Assembly (NCBI GenBank): GCA_040219255.1
Contig: JAVJSW010000037.1
Span: 128,001-192,000, forward strand
DNA: 64,000 nt
DNA from: Sumerlaeia bacterium
Lineage (GTDB): Bacteria > Sumerlaeota > Sumerlaeia > SLMS01 > JAHLLQ01
Reading direction: 5' to 3'
In this document: positions 26,385 to 36,276 of the stretch, piece after piece
How positions within the stretch are numbered: position 1 is the first letter of the stretch
How the letters are laid out: the number at the start of each line of letters is the position of its first letter
Notes under the pieces: model-generated
Database searches by the model: none
Seen by the model: the letters and a program-made list of their open reading frames with translations, nothing else
Told to the model about the DNA's origin: nothing
Made by a program: the position numbers and the translations under genes

Positions 26385-28675
26385 ACGCGCAAGGCTGGCT
26401 TTTCGATCTCTACGCCCGCGGGCGTCAGATGGTGCTCTGGTTTGTGCTGGCCGATGGCGGGCGCCTGCGCCTGACCGATCCCTTCGCCCCGGCGGTGTAC
26501 CTCAGCGGCGCCGAGGCGGACGTGGCGGCCTGCGCCGCGCTCCTGGAACGCCACGGCGACGCGGAGGCGGACGGCTGGACCGAGCGGCGCGATTTCTGGA
26601 GCGGCTCCATGCAGCCGGTTTTCGCCGTGCGGCCCCTCGAACTCGACACCTGGCGGTTTCGCCTGCCCGAGTACGCCCACGAATTTCCGCTCCTGGAATG
26701 GTACAACGCCGATCTGCTGCCCGAGCAGCTGTATTGCTACGAGCGCGAACTGTTTCCCCTGATGCGCTGTGAGGTGGATTATGAGGGGACGGAGCTGAGG
26801 CGTCTCACCTCGCGCGACGACCGCTGGGCCATCGAATACGAACTGCCGCCGCTGCGCACCGCCGAGCTGTCGGGCGAGGGGCGGCTCCAGGGCAAGCGCT
26901 CCGTGCTGCGGTCGCTGACCATGGAGTGCGACGGCCGCGCCGTGACCTGGGACGAACCGGCCACGATTCTCGAAGCGTTTCAGGCGGCTCTGGACGATGC
27001 GGACCCGGACGTTTTGATGACGGCCCAGGGCGATGCGTTCTTGATTCCATTGCTCTTATCGATGGCGCGGCGAATGCGTTTCGATCTGCGGCTGGGGCGT
27101 GAATCGGCCGCCGAGGAGCGCCCCATCCGCACGGAAGGGCGGACGTATTTTTCCTATGGCCGGGTGCTCTATCAGGCGCCCGAGCACCAGCTTCTGGGCC
27201 GCTGGCATCTGGACCGGGCGAACAGTTTCGCCATCGCGCACAACGGCCTCGACGGGTTGGCGGAAACGGTGCGGCTCAGCCGAATCCCGCCGCAACGCGC
27301 GGCCCGGCGCTCCATCGGCACCGGCATCACATCGATCCAATTGGACATGGCCTATCGCGAGGGCTACCTGATTCCGTGGAAGAAGACGCAGCCCGAGGCG
27401 TGGAAGTCGGCGCGCCAGCTGCTCACCTCGGACCGGGGCGGCTTGGTGTACGCGCCCGATCCGGGGTTTCATGAAAACGTGGTGGAATTGGATTATATGT
27501 CCATGTACCCGAGCATTATGGCGTGGCGCAATGTGTCGCCGGAAACGGTGAATTGCGATTGCTGCTCGAACCGGACTGTGCCGGAAATCGGCTACACGAT
27601 CTGCGAGCGGCGGGCCGGTTTGGTTTCCCGTTCTCTCGCCCCCATTATCGAAAAGCGCCAAGGATTCAAGAAACTGCGGAAGGCGGCGAAAGAAAATGGT
27701 GATAAAGAGACTTATGATCGCTATCACGCACGCCAGGACGCCCTGAAATGGATGTTGGTTTGCTGTTTTGGCTACCTGGGTTATCGCAACGCCCGATTCG
27801 GCCGCATCGAAGCCCACGAAGCCGTCTCCGCCTATTCCCGCGAGGGGCTCCTGGTGGCGCGGGAGGTGGCGGAAGCCCACGGCTGGAGCGTCCTGCATGC
27901 CAACGTGGATTCGGTGTGGCTGAAAAAACCGGGCTTTCGCGACGAGGAAATCCCTTCGCTCTGCGATGCCATCAATGAAGCGAGCGGCCTGACGATTTCG
28001 CTGGAGGGCATTTATAAATGGGTGGTCTTTTTGCCATCCCGCCAGGTCCAGGACCGCCCCGTGCCGACCCGCTATTTCGGGGCGTTTCGCCATGGCGAAC
28101 TGAAATATCGTGGCATCGAATGCCGGCGGGGGGATTTGCCGATGTTTGTGAAAAAAGCGCAATTGGAGCTGCTGCATCGTCTCGCCGAGGCGGAAGACGA
28201 AAAAGACTATATCGCGATGTGTGAAGAGTTGAACGATCAAATCGACGAATGGGAGCAGCAATTGTGGCGCCGGGAAATTCCGCAGGAGGACCTCGTGATG
28301 CAGCAATCGCTCTCTCAGGACCCGGAAGAATATCGCGGCAATGGGCTTCAGGCGCTCGCCGCGCGGCAGTCGATGGCGGCGGGGCTGAATCTGCATGCCG
28401 GCGAATCGCTGCGCTACCTGATCACCTCGGCGGGCGACCCGGATCGGTCGCGGCGGGTGCGGCTGGAGCCCCTGTGGGATTTCGATACGACGTACGATCC
28501 GGCGGCCTACGTGAAGCTGCTGCGTCGGGCGATGAACACGCTGCTGTGGCCCACCGGCCATCAGCGCGACGAACACGCCATCCGGCCCCCCGGCGCGCCG
28601 CCGCCCGCCCCGCCCCGGCGCAAACGCCCGGGCCATCGCCAACTCGATTTGCTGGAAGGATTCGCGGCGCTATGA
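26381..28675 (+). CDS. family B DNA polymerase, PolB2-type (exonuclease degenerate)
   Basis: Motif A LDYMSMYPSIM, motif B RQDALKWMLVCCFGYLG, variant motif C HANVDS, KYRGIE.RR.D; C-terminal QLDLL. Confidence 0.88.
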   Translation: MNAQGWLFDLYARGRQMVLWFVLADGGRLRLTDPFAPAVYLSGAEADVAACAALLERHGDAEADGWTERRDFWSGSMQPVFAVRPLELDTWRFRLPEYAHEFPLLEWYNADLLPEQLYCYERELFPLMRCEVDYEGTELRRLTSRDDRWAIEYELPPLRTAELSGEGRLQGKRSVLRSLTMECDGRAVTWDEPATILEAFQAALDDADPDVLMTAQGDAFLIPLLLSMARRMRFDLRLGRESAAEERPIRTEGRTYFSYGRVLYQAPEHQLLGRWHLDRANSFAIAHNGLDGLAETVRLSRIPPQRAARRSIGTGITSIQLDMAYREGYLIPWKKTQPEAWKSARQLLTSDRGGLVYAPDPGFHENVVELDYMSMYPSIMAWRNVSPETVNCDCCSNRTVPEIGYTICERRAGLVSRSLAPIIEKRQGFKKLRKAAKENGDKETYDRYHARQDALKWMLVCCFGYLGYRNARFGRIEAHEAVSAYSREGLLVAREVAEAHGWSVLHANVDSVWLKKPGFRDEEIPSLCDAINEASGLTISLEGIYKWVVFLPSRQVQDRPVPTRYFGAFRHGELKYRGIECRRGDLPMFVKKAQLELLHRLAEAEDEKDYIAMCEELNDQIDEWEQQLWRREIPQEDLVMQQSLSQDPEEYRGNGLQALAARQSMAAGLNLHAGESLRYLITSAGDPDRSRRVRLEPLWDFDTTYDPAAYVKLLRRAMNTLLWPTGHQRDEHAIRPPGAPPPAPPRRKRPGHRQLDLLEGFAAL

Positions 28676-29481
28676 TTCTGATGGGGACGTCGGGTTTTTC
28701 CTACGAGGATTGGCGCGGGCCGTTTTATCCGGCGGGCCTCGGCAAGAACCGCATGCTCGACGCCTATGCGGAGGTCTTTCCGGCGGTGGAAATCAACGCC
28801 ACCTACTACCGCACGCCGGGCCAGCGCACCGCCGAGGGGCTGGTCGAGCGCGCCGCCGGGCGCCTACGCTTCGCCATCAAAGCCCCCGGCGACCTGACGC
28901 ACAAACGGCGGCTGGACGCGGAAACGCTCGTGCCCTACCGGCGCTTTCTCGAGCCCTTTCGCCAGGCCGAATGTCTCGACGCGATCCTGTTTCAGTTCCC
29001 GAACGCCCTGCGCAATTCGGCGCCGTCGCGGGAGTTTCTCCGGCATGTGCATCAGGAATTCGGCGATTTGCCGCTCGCTTTCGAATTCCGTCACGAATCC
29101 TGGGACCACGACGATGTGGACGATCAGTTGCGGACGTGGGCGGTGTCGCGGGTGGGGGTGGATCAACCGGACCTGCCGGGTCTCTCGCGGTCGCGGCGTT
29201 TCGTGCGGACGGCGCCGCTGGCCTACGTGCGATTCCACGGGCGCAACGCCGCGGACTGGTACGGTCCGGATTCGGGGATGAATCGGTACACGTACACTTA
29301 CAATCAGGAGGAACTCTTCGAAACCGCCGCGCCGATCAAGGCCATGGCCGAGAAGGCGCAATCGACCTTCGTCTTCTTCAACAACCATCCAGAAGGCGGC
29401 GCCCCGCAAAACGCGCTGTTGCTCGGCCAACTCCTCGGTCTGCCGAGACGCCACAGCGAGCAGACGGACTTGTTCGGATAG
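28672..29481 (+). CDS. DUF72 (YecE-like) TIM-barrel protein
   Basis: GTSGFSYEDW, VEINATYY, EFRH.SW, YVRFHGRN, FFNNH; ATGA overlap with polB. Confidence 0.9.
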   Translation: MILMGTSGFSYEDWRGPFYPAGLGKNRMLDAYAEVFPAVEINATYYRTPGQRTAEGLVERAAGRLRFAIKAPGDLTHKRRLDAETLVPYRRFLEPFRQAECLDAILFQFPNALRNSAPSREFLRHVHQEFGDLPLAFEFRHESWDHDDVDDQLRTWAVSRVGVDQPDLPGLSRSRRFVRTAPLAYVRFHGRNAADWYGPDSGMNRYTYTYNQEELFETAAPIKAMAEKAQSTFVFFNNHPEGGAPQNALLLGQLLGLPRRHSEQTDLFG

Positions 29482-29599
29482 TGGCTCAAAAAGGTGACAC
29501 GGGCGTCTGAGCCCGTGCCGAAGACTCTGTGTAAGCCAAGACTTTTCAGTGATCGAGGAAGCGTGGCAGGTCATGGGCGGGACGCCCATGGTACATAGG

Positions 29600-30343
29600 T
29601 CAGTACTCCACAACCTCGGTGCCCTCGGGGAACTTGGTCTCGAACTTGTCTTCCGGAATGTCGGCGTTGAATTCGACTTCCTTGAGGTTCACCGTCACGA
29701 CGTCTTCTTCTTCTTCGAGGACGAGGACCATCGGCTCCAACTCGGCCGTGTCGAAGGTGATGGTGATCTTGGAGTAGCCGAGCGTGCGGTCGAGATCGCG
29801 GGAGACGAAATCGACGATCAGCAGGTTTTCCTCGGCCGGCTGGATCGGCGCCAGCTTGACGTCGAACAGTTCGAGGATGCGTTCGGTCTGAACGCCAAAG
29901 CCCACCAGCATCTGGTTGATGGGGGCGCCGTCGCCGCTTTCCAGGGTGTACTTTTCGACCTGCTTGAGTTCCGGCGTGTAGGTGGTGAGGTCGTTGCCGA
30001 GCATGTAGAAACTCATCCGCGTCGGCTCATAGTAGTCGCAGCGGAACTTGCTGGGCTTCTTGTACCAGAACTCGCCGTTGCTGTGGATTTCGTCGAGGAA
30101 CATCGTGTTGATGCGGGTTTGCTCGAACACGCCGTGGAGCGTGGTGACGTCCTTGTTTTTTTCTTCGATTTTGCGCAGGAAAGTTTCCGCCTGCTCGCGC
30201 AACTCCTGGGGCGTGACGACCTTGGGGGTGGTGGCGGCGGCGGGAGTGGCCGGGGCGGATTCCTGAGCCCAGGCGGCTCCTCCGGCGAAAAGGGCCAAGG
30301 AGAGTGCGAAGGCGGCAGCGATATGTTTCAATGAGGTAGTCAT
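29600..30343 (-). CDS. lolA: outer-membrane lipoprotein carrier LolA family protein
   Basis: Signal peptide; FEQT..GEFWYKKPSKFRCDY..P, Y.PELKQV, F..KFPEG.EV. Confidence 0.8.
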   Translation of the reverse strand: MTTSLKHIAAAFALSLALFAGGAAWAQESAPATPAAATTPKVVTPQELREQAETFLRKIEEKNKDVTTLHGVFEQTRINTMFLDEIHSNGEFWYKKPSKFRCDYYEPTRMSFYMLGNDLTTYTPELKQVEKYTLESGDGAPINQMLVGFGVQTERILELFDVKLAPIQPAEENLLIVDFVSRDLDRTLGYSKITITFDTAELEPMVLVLEEEEDVVTVNLKEVEFNADIPEDKFETKFPEGTEVVEY

Positions 30344-30515
30344 TTCTGGTTCGGTCCTTTAGCGGAAAAGGGCGGGATCGCGATTAAGGAGGCGACCTTG
30401 ACGCCAATCTGGGAGATCAGACGAGACGGCGGCAAGGTTTGTTCCCGTCAATTTTGAGCGCCAAGTTCGTCATTGCGGTTGCCTCGCCCCGGGCCGCCTG
30501 TGTCCCGTTACGGCC

Positions 30516-32093
30516 ATGAACGCGCCCGCCGCCGCTCCGTCTGAACGCCATGAACTCGACCTCTCGCCCCTGGGTTTGGATTGGCGCGGGCTCTTGCCAT
30601 TCGCTCTGGCGGTGGCGGTTTTTTCGGCGCTGGCAGGGCGTTATTGGTACGTGGTGATGGACGATCCCTACATCACCTTCCGGTACGCGCGCAACGTGCT
30701 GGCGGGCGACGGATGGGCCTTCAATCCGGGCCAGCCGCTCGAGGGCTACTCGAACTTCTTGTGGCTTGTGCTGTCGATGGTGCCCATCGCCATGGGGATC
30801 GAGCCCCTCGGTGCCATGCGGGTGGCGGGGATCGGGTTCGCCGTGGGGCTGTTGGCGTGGCTGTGCTTTGCGCCGAGGGGCTGGGGACGGTATCGGCTGG
30901 CGGCGCCGTTGCTGGCGTCGTGCTATCCGTTCGCGGTGTGGGCCATCGGGGGATTGGAAACGCCGATGTACGCGCTGTTGGCCTTCGCGGCGGTGGTCTT
31001 CACGAATCGCACGGTGCATGGGCCGGGGCGGGGGAGCACGGCGGCGCTGGCGGCGAGTTTGCTCGCGGTGGCGCTCTCGCGGCCCGAAGGCGCTATGGTG
31101 CTGGCTTTGCCGCTGGTGGCGCTGGTTTGCGCGCGAGGCGGGGCGAGGCGCCATCTGCTGGCGGCTATTGCGGTTTTCGCCGCCGGGTTTGCGGTCTACA
31201 CGCTATGGCGGCTCGCGACCTTTGGCACGATGATCCCCAACACGGTTTCCGCCAAGGTCGGCGGGTCGCCGGTGCGGTCGGCGGTGGCGGGGATCAAGTA
31301 CACGGCGGCCTATTTTCTGGCTCCGCCGCTGGTTTTGTTGGGCTTGGCGGTGTGGGGTGCCTGGAAAGACCGCAGTCATCGCCCCCTCTTTTTGATCGGC
31401 GGAACCTGGGTGGGACTACAGATTCTTTTCACCATTCTGGTCGGAGGAGACTGGATGCCCGGCATGCGGTTTCTGGTACCGATGCTGCCGGTGCTGTGTG
31501 TTCTGGCGGCGATTGGGTTGTATCGCCTGCCGCGGTGGGCGTGGGTGGCGGTGCCGGCGGTCTTGATTCTGGCGGCGCCGATTCACGCCCGGTTCGAGGC
31601 GATTCAGGGCTGGCGTCCGCTCGAGTGGGCGCGGCGCAACGCCTGGGACCCGGATGTGCCGGGGCGGCGGGCGCTGATTATCGAGCAACCGCTGCGCATG
31701 GGCCGCGACATCGCCGCGATCGTTCCAACCGGCGAGACCATCGCGCTGACCGAGGCGGGGGCCGTGCCCTGGGTGGCGGACCGGCCGGTGATCGACATGT
31801 TGGGGCTGGTGGACGCGGAGATCGCGCAGGTCGGCGGCGCGCTGCACGAGGCTTTCGACGCACAGAGTGTCTTGCGCCGCGAACCGGACTGGATTCTGCT
31901 GGGGGTGGTGGAGCCGGAACCGGGGACGATGACAGGCGTTTGGCCGCCGGACCAGCAAATCCTGCTAGCGCCGGGCTTTCAAAGCGCTTACGCAGAGGCC
32001 CGGCGCTGGCCGAGGGGGTTTCCCCTTGGCCTCAATCAACAACCCGGCGCCATGGTGCTTTTCGAACGGACAAAGGAAACGACGACGCGATGA
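30516..32093 (+). CDS. GT-C-type membrane glycosyltransferase-like protein
   Basis: DDPYITFRYARN..G..FNPG..LEGYSN.LW, GLET, RPEG, GGDWMP..RF, DMLGL. Confidence 0.75.
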   Translation: MNAPAAAPSERHELDLSPLGLDWRGLLPFALAVAVFSALAGRYWYVVMDDPYITFRYARNVLAGDGWAFNPGQPLEGYSNFLWLVLSMVPIAMGIEPLGAMRVAGIGFAVGLLAWLCFAPRGWGRYRLAAPLLASCYPFAVWAIGGLETPMYALLAFAAVVFTNRTVHGPGRGSTAALAASLLAVALSRPEGAMVLALPLVALVCARGGARRHLLAAIAVFAAGFAVYTLWRLATFGTMIPNTVSAKVGGSPVRSAVAGIKYTAAYFLAPPLVLLGLAVWGAWKDRSHRPLFLIGGTWVGLQILFTILVGGDWMPGMRFLVPMLPVLCVLAAIGLYRLPRWAWVAVPAVLILAAPIHARFEAIQGWRPLEWARRNAWDPDVPGRRALIIEQPLRMGRDIAAIVPTGETIALTEAGAVPWVADRPVIDMLGLVDAEIAQVGGALHEAFDAQSVLRREPDWILLGVVEPEPGTMTGVWPPDQQILLAPGFQSAYAEARRWPRGFPLGLNQQPGAMVLFERTKETTTR

Positions 32094-34477
32094 CTTCCCC
32101 CCAATTGACTCCGGTGTTTGCTGGAACCGCTTTTACAAACGATGGCGCGAGCCGTGAAGTGGCTCTCGATCTGGCCACGCCGAGCTGCCTGCGGCTGCGT
32201 GTGTCGCGCGGAGCCAGTCTCGGGACCGATGTGTCTTATGCCATCGCGAAAGCCGAGTTCCCCAAGGTGGATGCCCAGGTCACGGAGGAAGACGGCCTGA
32301 CCACGATCAAGACTGGCGCCCTGACCGTTACGCTGCGCGACGAGTCGTTCTCGCTCCAGGTCAAGGACCAGTACGGTTTCGTGCGCTACGAGACGGCGGA
32401 GAAGGCGCTTTTCCACACGGAGGGCGAACCGCGCAAGGCGAACGAGGACCCGGACCATCTCGGCGGCCTGGGCCTGCGGCGCCTGATGCCGGCGGCGGAA
32501 CGGGTCTATGGCCTGGCGGAAACGGGCGAGTCGCTCGATAAGGCCGGCCGGCGCTACGCGCTTTGGAACACCGACGACCCGGTGCACCGCCCCGATCAGC
32601 ACTTCTATTGCCAGATCCCGTTTTCGATCCACCTGACCCCCGACGCCAACCCGCCCCACGCGGCGTTTCTGGACAACCCGGGATTCACGGTGCTGGATTT
32701 CGGCTATGAGAAGGAAGGCGAAGCCATCTGGCGCGCGGGCACTGGCGATCTGGTGCTGTGGCTGCTGTTCGAAGACTCGCCCAAGGAACTGCTGCGCGCC
32801 TGGACGGACCTGACAGGCCGCATCAACCGCCCGCCGATGTGGGCGCTGGGCTATCATCAGTGCCGCTGGTCCTACAATCCGGACGAGCGTTTCCGCGAAC
32901 TGGCCCGCGAATTCCGCACGCGCAAGATCCCCTGCGACTGCCTCTACTTCGACATCGATTACATGTATGGCTTCCGGGTGTTCACCTGGGACCCGGTGCA
33001 GTTCAGCCAGCCCTACAAGCTCCTCGCCGAGTTGAAAGACCAGGGTTTCCACACCGTGGCCATCGTCGATCCGGGCGTGAAAATCGACCCGGATTATCAG
33101 GTCTACAAGGACTTCCTCGAACGTGATGGCTTCTTCCTGACCCGCACCGGCGAGACCGAGCCCTACGTCGGCGAAGTCTGGCCCGGCGAGGTTCACTTTC
33201 CCGACTTCACCAACCCGGAGGTCCGCCGGCGCTGGGGCGCGTATCAGGGCACCACGCTCCTGGACCCGGGTGTCGATGGCATCTGGAATGACATGAACGA
33301 GCCCTCGTGCTGGAACGACCCGCGCAAAACGCTGCCGCTCGATGCCACGCACCACGATTTCGGCGTTGGCCGCAGCCACGAAGAAATCCACCAGATCTAC
33401 GGCATGGCCATGGCCCAGGCCTCCTGCGAAGGCATCGAGGCGGAGCGGCCCGACGCGCGGCCCTTCGTCATCACCCGGTCGGGCTGGGCGGGTGTGCAGC
33501 GCTACGCCATGCTCTGGACCGGCGACAACGTTTCGCAGTGGTATTCGATGCCCCTGGACGTGATGACGAACCTGAGCATGGGCATGACGGGGATTCCCTT
33601 TACCGGCTGCGACATCGGCGGTTTCGGCAACGACGCGGACCGCGAGATGTTCGCTCGCTGGATGGAGTGGGGCGTGTTCCAGCCGTTCTGCCGCGCCCAC
33701 AGCGCCATGGGGACGCGCGATCAGGAGCCCTGGGCGTTCGGTCCGGGGGTCGAGCGCATCGCCCGCAAGATGATCGAAATCCGCATGCGGCTCCTGCCCG
33801 CCATCTATACCGCCTTCGTCGAGGCCAGCGAAACCGGCGCGCCCATCAACCGGCCCCTGGTTTACGAGTTCCCCGAAGACGCCACCCTTCACCGGATCGG
33901 CGATCAGTGGATGCTGGGGAGCGACCTTCTCGTGGCGCCGGTGCTGACGCCGGGGGCCGAGCGCCGGCCGGTGTATCTGCCCGCGGGCGAGTGGGTCGAT
34001 TTCTGGAATGGCGAACGGCACCACGGCGCCCGCTGGATCCTGGCCGAGGCCGCCATCGGCCACGTGCCCGTTTATGTCCGCGCCGGAGCCGTGGTCCCCA
34101 TGGCCCCGGTGCGCCAGCACACCGGCGAACCCTGTCCGGAAACGTACCTGGACATCTATCCGGGGGCGAAGCTGTCGGGCCGGCTGGTCGAGGACGACGG
34201 CGCCACCCGCGCCTACGAGCGCGGAGAGGAAGCCCGGTACGCCTTCACAGGCGAGGAAACTGCGGAAGCCCTCCGCCTGACCATCCCCGCACCGCAGGGA
34301 CCCTATCGGTCCGGGCGCGAGCTTTGGGTGTTCCGCCTCCATCGCCAGGACCGCCCGGTGGCCGGCGTCACCGCCAACGGAGAAAACGTTGCGTTTTCCG
34401 CCGAAGGCCCCAGCATCCGTTGGACCGTGCCGGACACGCGGGAAGTTCTCGCCATCGAAGTCCGCTACGGCGCCTAA
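32090..34477 (+). CDS. glycoside hydrolase family 31 (alpha-glucosidase-like)
   Basis: PPMWALGYHQCRWSY, DIDYM, catalytic WNDMNEP and WTGDN. Confidence 0.93.
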   Translation: MTSPQLTPVFAGTAFTNDGASREVALDLATPSCLRLRVSRGASLGTDVSYAIAKAEFPKVDAQVTEEDGLTTIKTGALTVTLRDESFSLQVKDQYGFVRYETAEKALFHTEGEPRKANEDPDHLGGLGLRRLMPAAERVYGLAETGESLDKAGRRYALWNTDDPVHRPDQHFYCQIPFSIHLTPDANPPHAAFLDNPGFTVLDFGYEKEGEAIWRAGTGDLVLWLLFEDSPKELLRAWTDLTGRINRPPMWALGYHQCRWSYNPDERFRELAREFRTRKIPCDCLYFDIDYMYGFRVFTWDPVQFSQPYKLLAELKDQGFHTVAIVDPGVKIDPDYQVYKDFLERDGFFLTRTGETEPYVGEVWPGEVHFPDFTNPEVRRRWGAYQGTTLLDPGVDGIWNDMNEPSCWNDPRKTLPLDATHHDFGVGRSHEEIHQIYGMAMAQASCEGIEAERPDARPFVITRSGWAGVQRYAMLWTGDNVSQWYSMPLDVMTNLSMGMTGIPFTGCDIGGFGNDADREMFARWMEWGVFQPFCRAHSAMGTRDQEPWAFGPGVERIARKMIEIRMRLLPAIYTAFVEASETGAPINRPLVYEFPEDATLHRIGDQWMLGSDLLVAPVLTPGAERRPVYLPAGEWVDFWNGERHHGARWILAEAAIGHVPVYVRAGAVVPMAPVRQHTGEPCPETYLDIYPGAKLSGRLVEDDGATRAYERGEEARYAFTGEETAEALRLTIPAPQGPYRSGRELWVFRLHRQDRPVAGVTANGENVAFSAEGPSIRWTVPDTREVLAIEVRYGA

Positions 34478-34522
34478 GCCCCTTTTCGGGGGCGAAATCG
34501 TCCTCGGAAAGACCGCTTGCCC

Positions 34523-35752
34523 ATGAAACCCAGCGACCTGCGCCTGCTACTCGGCGTTTCCAGTTCCATCGCGGCCTACCGGGCGCTCGACCTGGCAAGC
34601 TTGATTGTCAAGGAAGGCGGCCAGGTGCGGGTCGTCCTGACGCCGAACACGGTGAATCTGGTCAGCGCCGCCGCGTTCGAAGCCATCACCGGCCGTCCCG
34701 CCATCGTGTCGTTGTGGGGCAGCGGCCACGAGGGGCAGATGGATCACCTGGGGGCGACGAAGTGGGCGAACGCCTTCGCCGTCGCTCCGGCCACGGCGGC
34801 CACCATCGGGCGGCTGGCGCACGGGCTGGCGGATGACGCTCTGTCCACCTTCGCGGTGGCGTGGCCGGGGGCGCTGGTGATCGCCCCGGCGATGAACCCG
34901 GCGATGTACGGCAACCCGGCGGTGCAGGAGAACCTGCGAACGCTCAGCGACCGCGGCCACGTCCTGATCGAACCGGGGGAGGGGCGGCTGGCCTGCGGAG
35001 ACATCGGCCCCGGGCGGCTCGCGCCGGTCGAGTCGATTCTCGAAACCATCTTGAATCAGGCCAGCCCCACGTCGTCGCCGCTGGCGGGGCGCCGGATCCT
35101 GATTACAAGCGGCCCGACCCGCGAATTCGCCGACCCGGCGCGTTGTATCACAAATCCCTCCACGGGCAAGATGGGCGTGGCGCTGGCGCGGGAGGCGCAC
35201 AGGCTGAAGGCCCGCGTCACCCTTGTCTCCGGACCCTCCGATTTGCCCCTGCCCGACGGCCTGCGCAAAGTGGTCCGCGTCACCACCGCCGAGGAAATGC
35301 GCGATGCCGTCCTGGCGAACATGGAAGAGGCGGAGATTCTGATCTTCGCGGCGGCGGTGTGCGACTGGAAGCCGGCCACTTCGTCCATGACGAAAGCCAA
35401 GAAGGAGGGCGCGGAACCGGAGATGGCGCTGCGCCTGGTGCGCACGCCGGATGTGGCCATGGCGGCCAACGAAGCGCGCCGCCCCGGCCAGTACTTCGTC
35501 GGCTTCGCCGCCGAGAGCCATGACCTGGTGAAGCACGCCCGGGAGAAAATGGAACGCAAGGGCTTCGACTTTGTCGTCGCCAACCCGATCAACGAGGAAG
35601 GCTCCGGTTTCGGTTCGGAGACGAACCGGGCGGTACTGGTCGACGCGCGCAACGAGGAAGACGTGCCGATGACTACCAAGGGCGAATTGGCGGCGGTGAT
35701 TTTGCGCCGGGTCGCCGCCGCCCTCTCCGTCGCCGCAACCGGGCAAGGTTGA
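34523..35752 (+). CDS. coaBC: phosphopantothenoylcysteine decarboxylase/ligase
   Basis: SIAAY, APAT, APAMN, LACGD.G.GRL, TSGPTRE, NPSTGKMG, VGFAAE. Confidence 0.95.
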   Translation: MKPSDLRLLLGVSSSIAAYRALDLASLIVKEGGQVRVVLTPNTVNLVSAAAFEAITGRPAIVSLWGSGHEGQMDHLGATKWANAFAVAPATAATIGRLAHGLADDALSTFAVAWPGALVIAPAMNPAMYGNPAVQENLRTLSDRGHVLIEPGEGRLACGDIGPGRLAPVESILETILNQASPTSSPLAGRRILITSGPTREFADPARCITNPSTGKMGVALAREAHRLKARVTLVSGPSDLPLPDGLRKVVRVTTAEEMRDAVLANMEEAEILIFAAAVCDWKPATSSMTKAKKEGAEPEMALRLVRTPDVAMAANEARRPGQYFVGFAAESHDLVKHAREKMERKGFDFVVANPINEEGSGFGSETNRAVLVDARNEEDVPMTTKGELAAVILRRVAAALSVAATGQG

Positions 35753-35823
35753 CACCTCCCTCCGCAGTTCGGGTAAGAGTAAGCCACTAACTATCCTTAC
35801 GTCTCAAGAGGACAACCCGGCCC

Positions 35824-36204
35824 ATGAAAATCAAAGGTATCAGTGTCGTTTTCTTCTACGTCCGCGATCCCGACCGCTCGAAAGCCTTCTACTCCGACGC
35901 CCTCGGCCTCGGAAAGCCCTTCCTCGATGCGGGCGGTTGGGTGGAGTGGGAACTCAAGGGCGCCAACTTCGCGGTCTTCAAGGGCGGCAGCATCCAGACG
36001 GAAGGCTCCTCGCCGGAGCGCTCCACAACGCGGTTTTCCTTTGAGGTGGATGACATCCAGGCCACCTACGAGGAACTGTTCAAGAAAGGGTTGCACGTCC
36101 TCTCCGAGCCCCAAGAGGGCGAAGGGTTTCACTACGTGGATTTGCGTGACCCCGATAACAACCTCGTGCGCTTTATCCAGTTGACCACAAAAAAAGGCGC
36201 CTAA
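35824..36204 (+). CDS. VOC/glyoxalase family protein
   Basis: V.DPDRSKAFY..ALGL, FEVDDI, RDPDNN. Confidence 0.85.
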   Translation: MKIKGISVVFFYVRDPDRSKAFYSDALGLGKPFLDAGGWVEWELKGANFAVFKGGSIQTEGSSPERSTTRFSFEVDDIQATYEELFKKGLHVLSEPQEGEGFHYVDLRDPDNNLVRFIQLTTKKGA

Positions 36205-36276
36205 ACATAGCCATTCGCGCCCGCCGCCTTTTGGTGGCGTGGGCGGAAAATTCCGGGTCTTTTCCACCTCCCTCGC

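Noticed and set aside
30581-32089. Apparent 500-aa N-terminal extension of the GH31 ORF
   Set aside because: Alternative frame of the GT-C gene; the real start is ATG 32090 with an RBS and ATGA overlap
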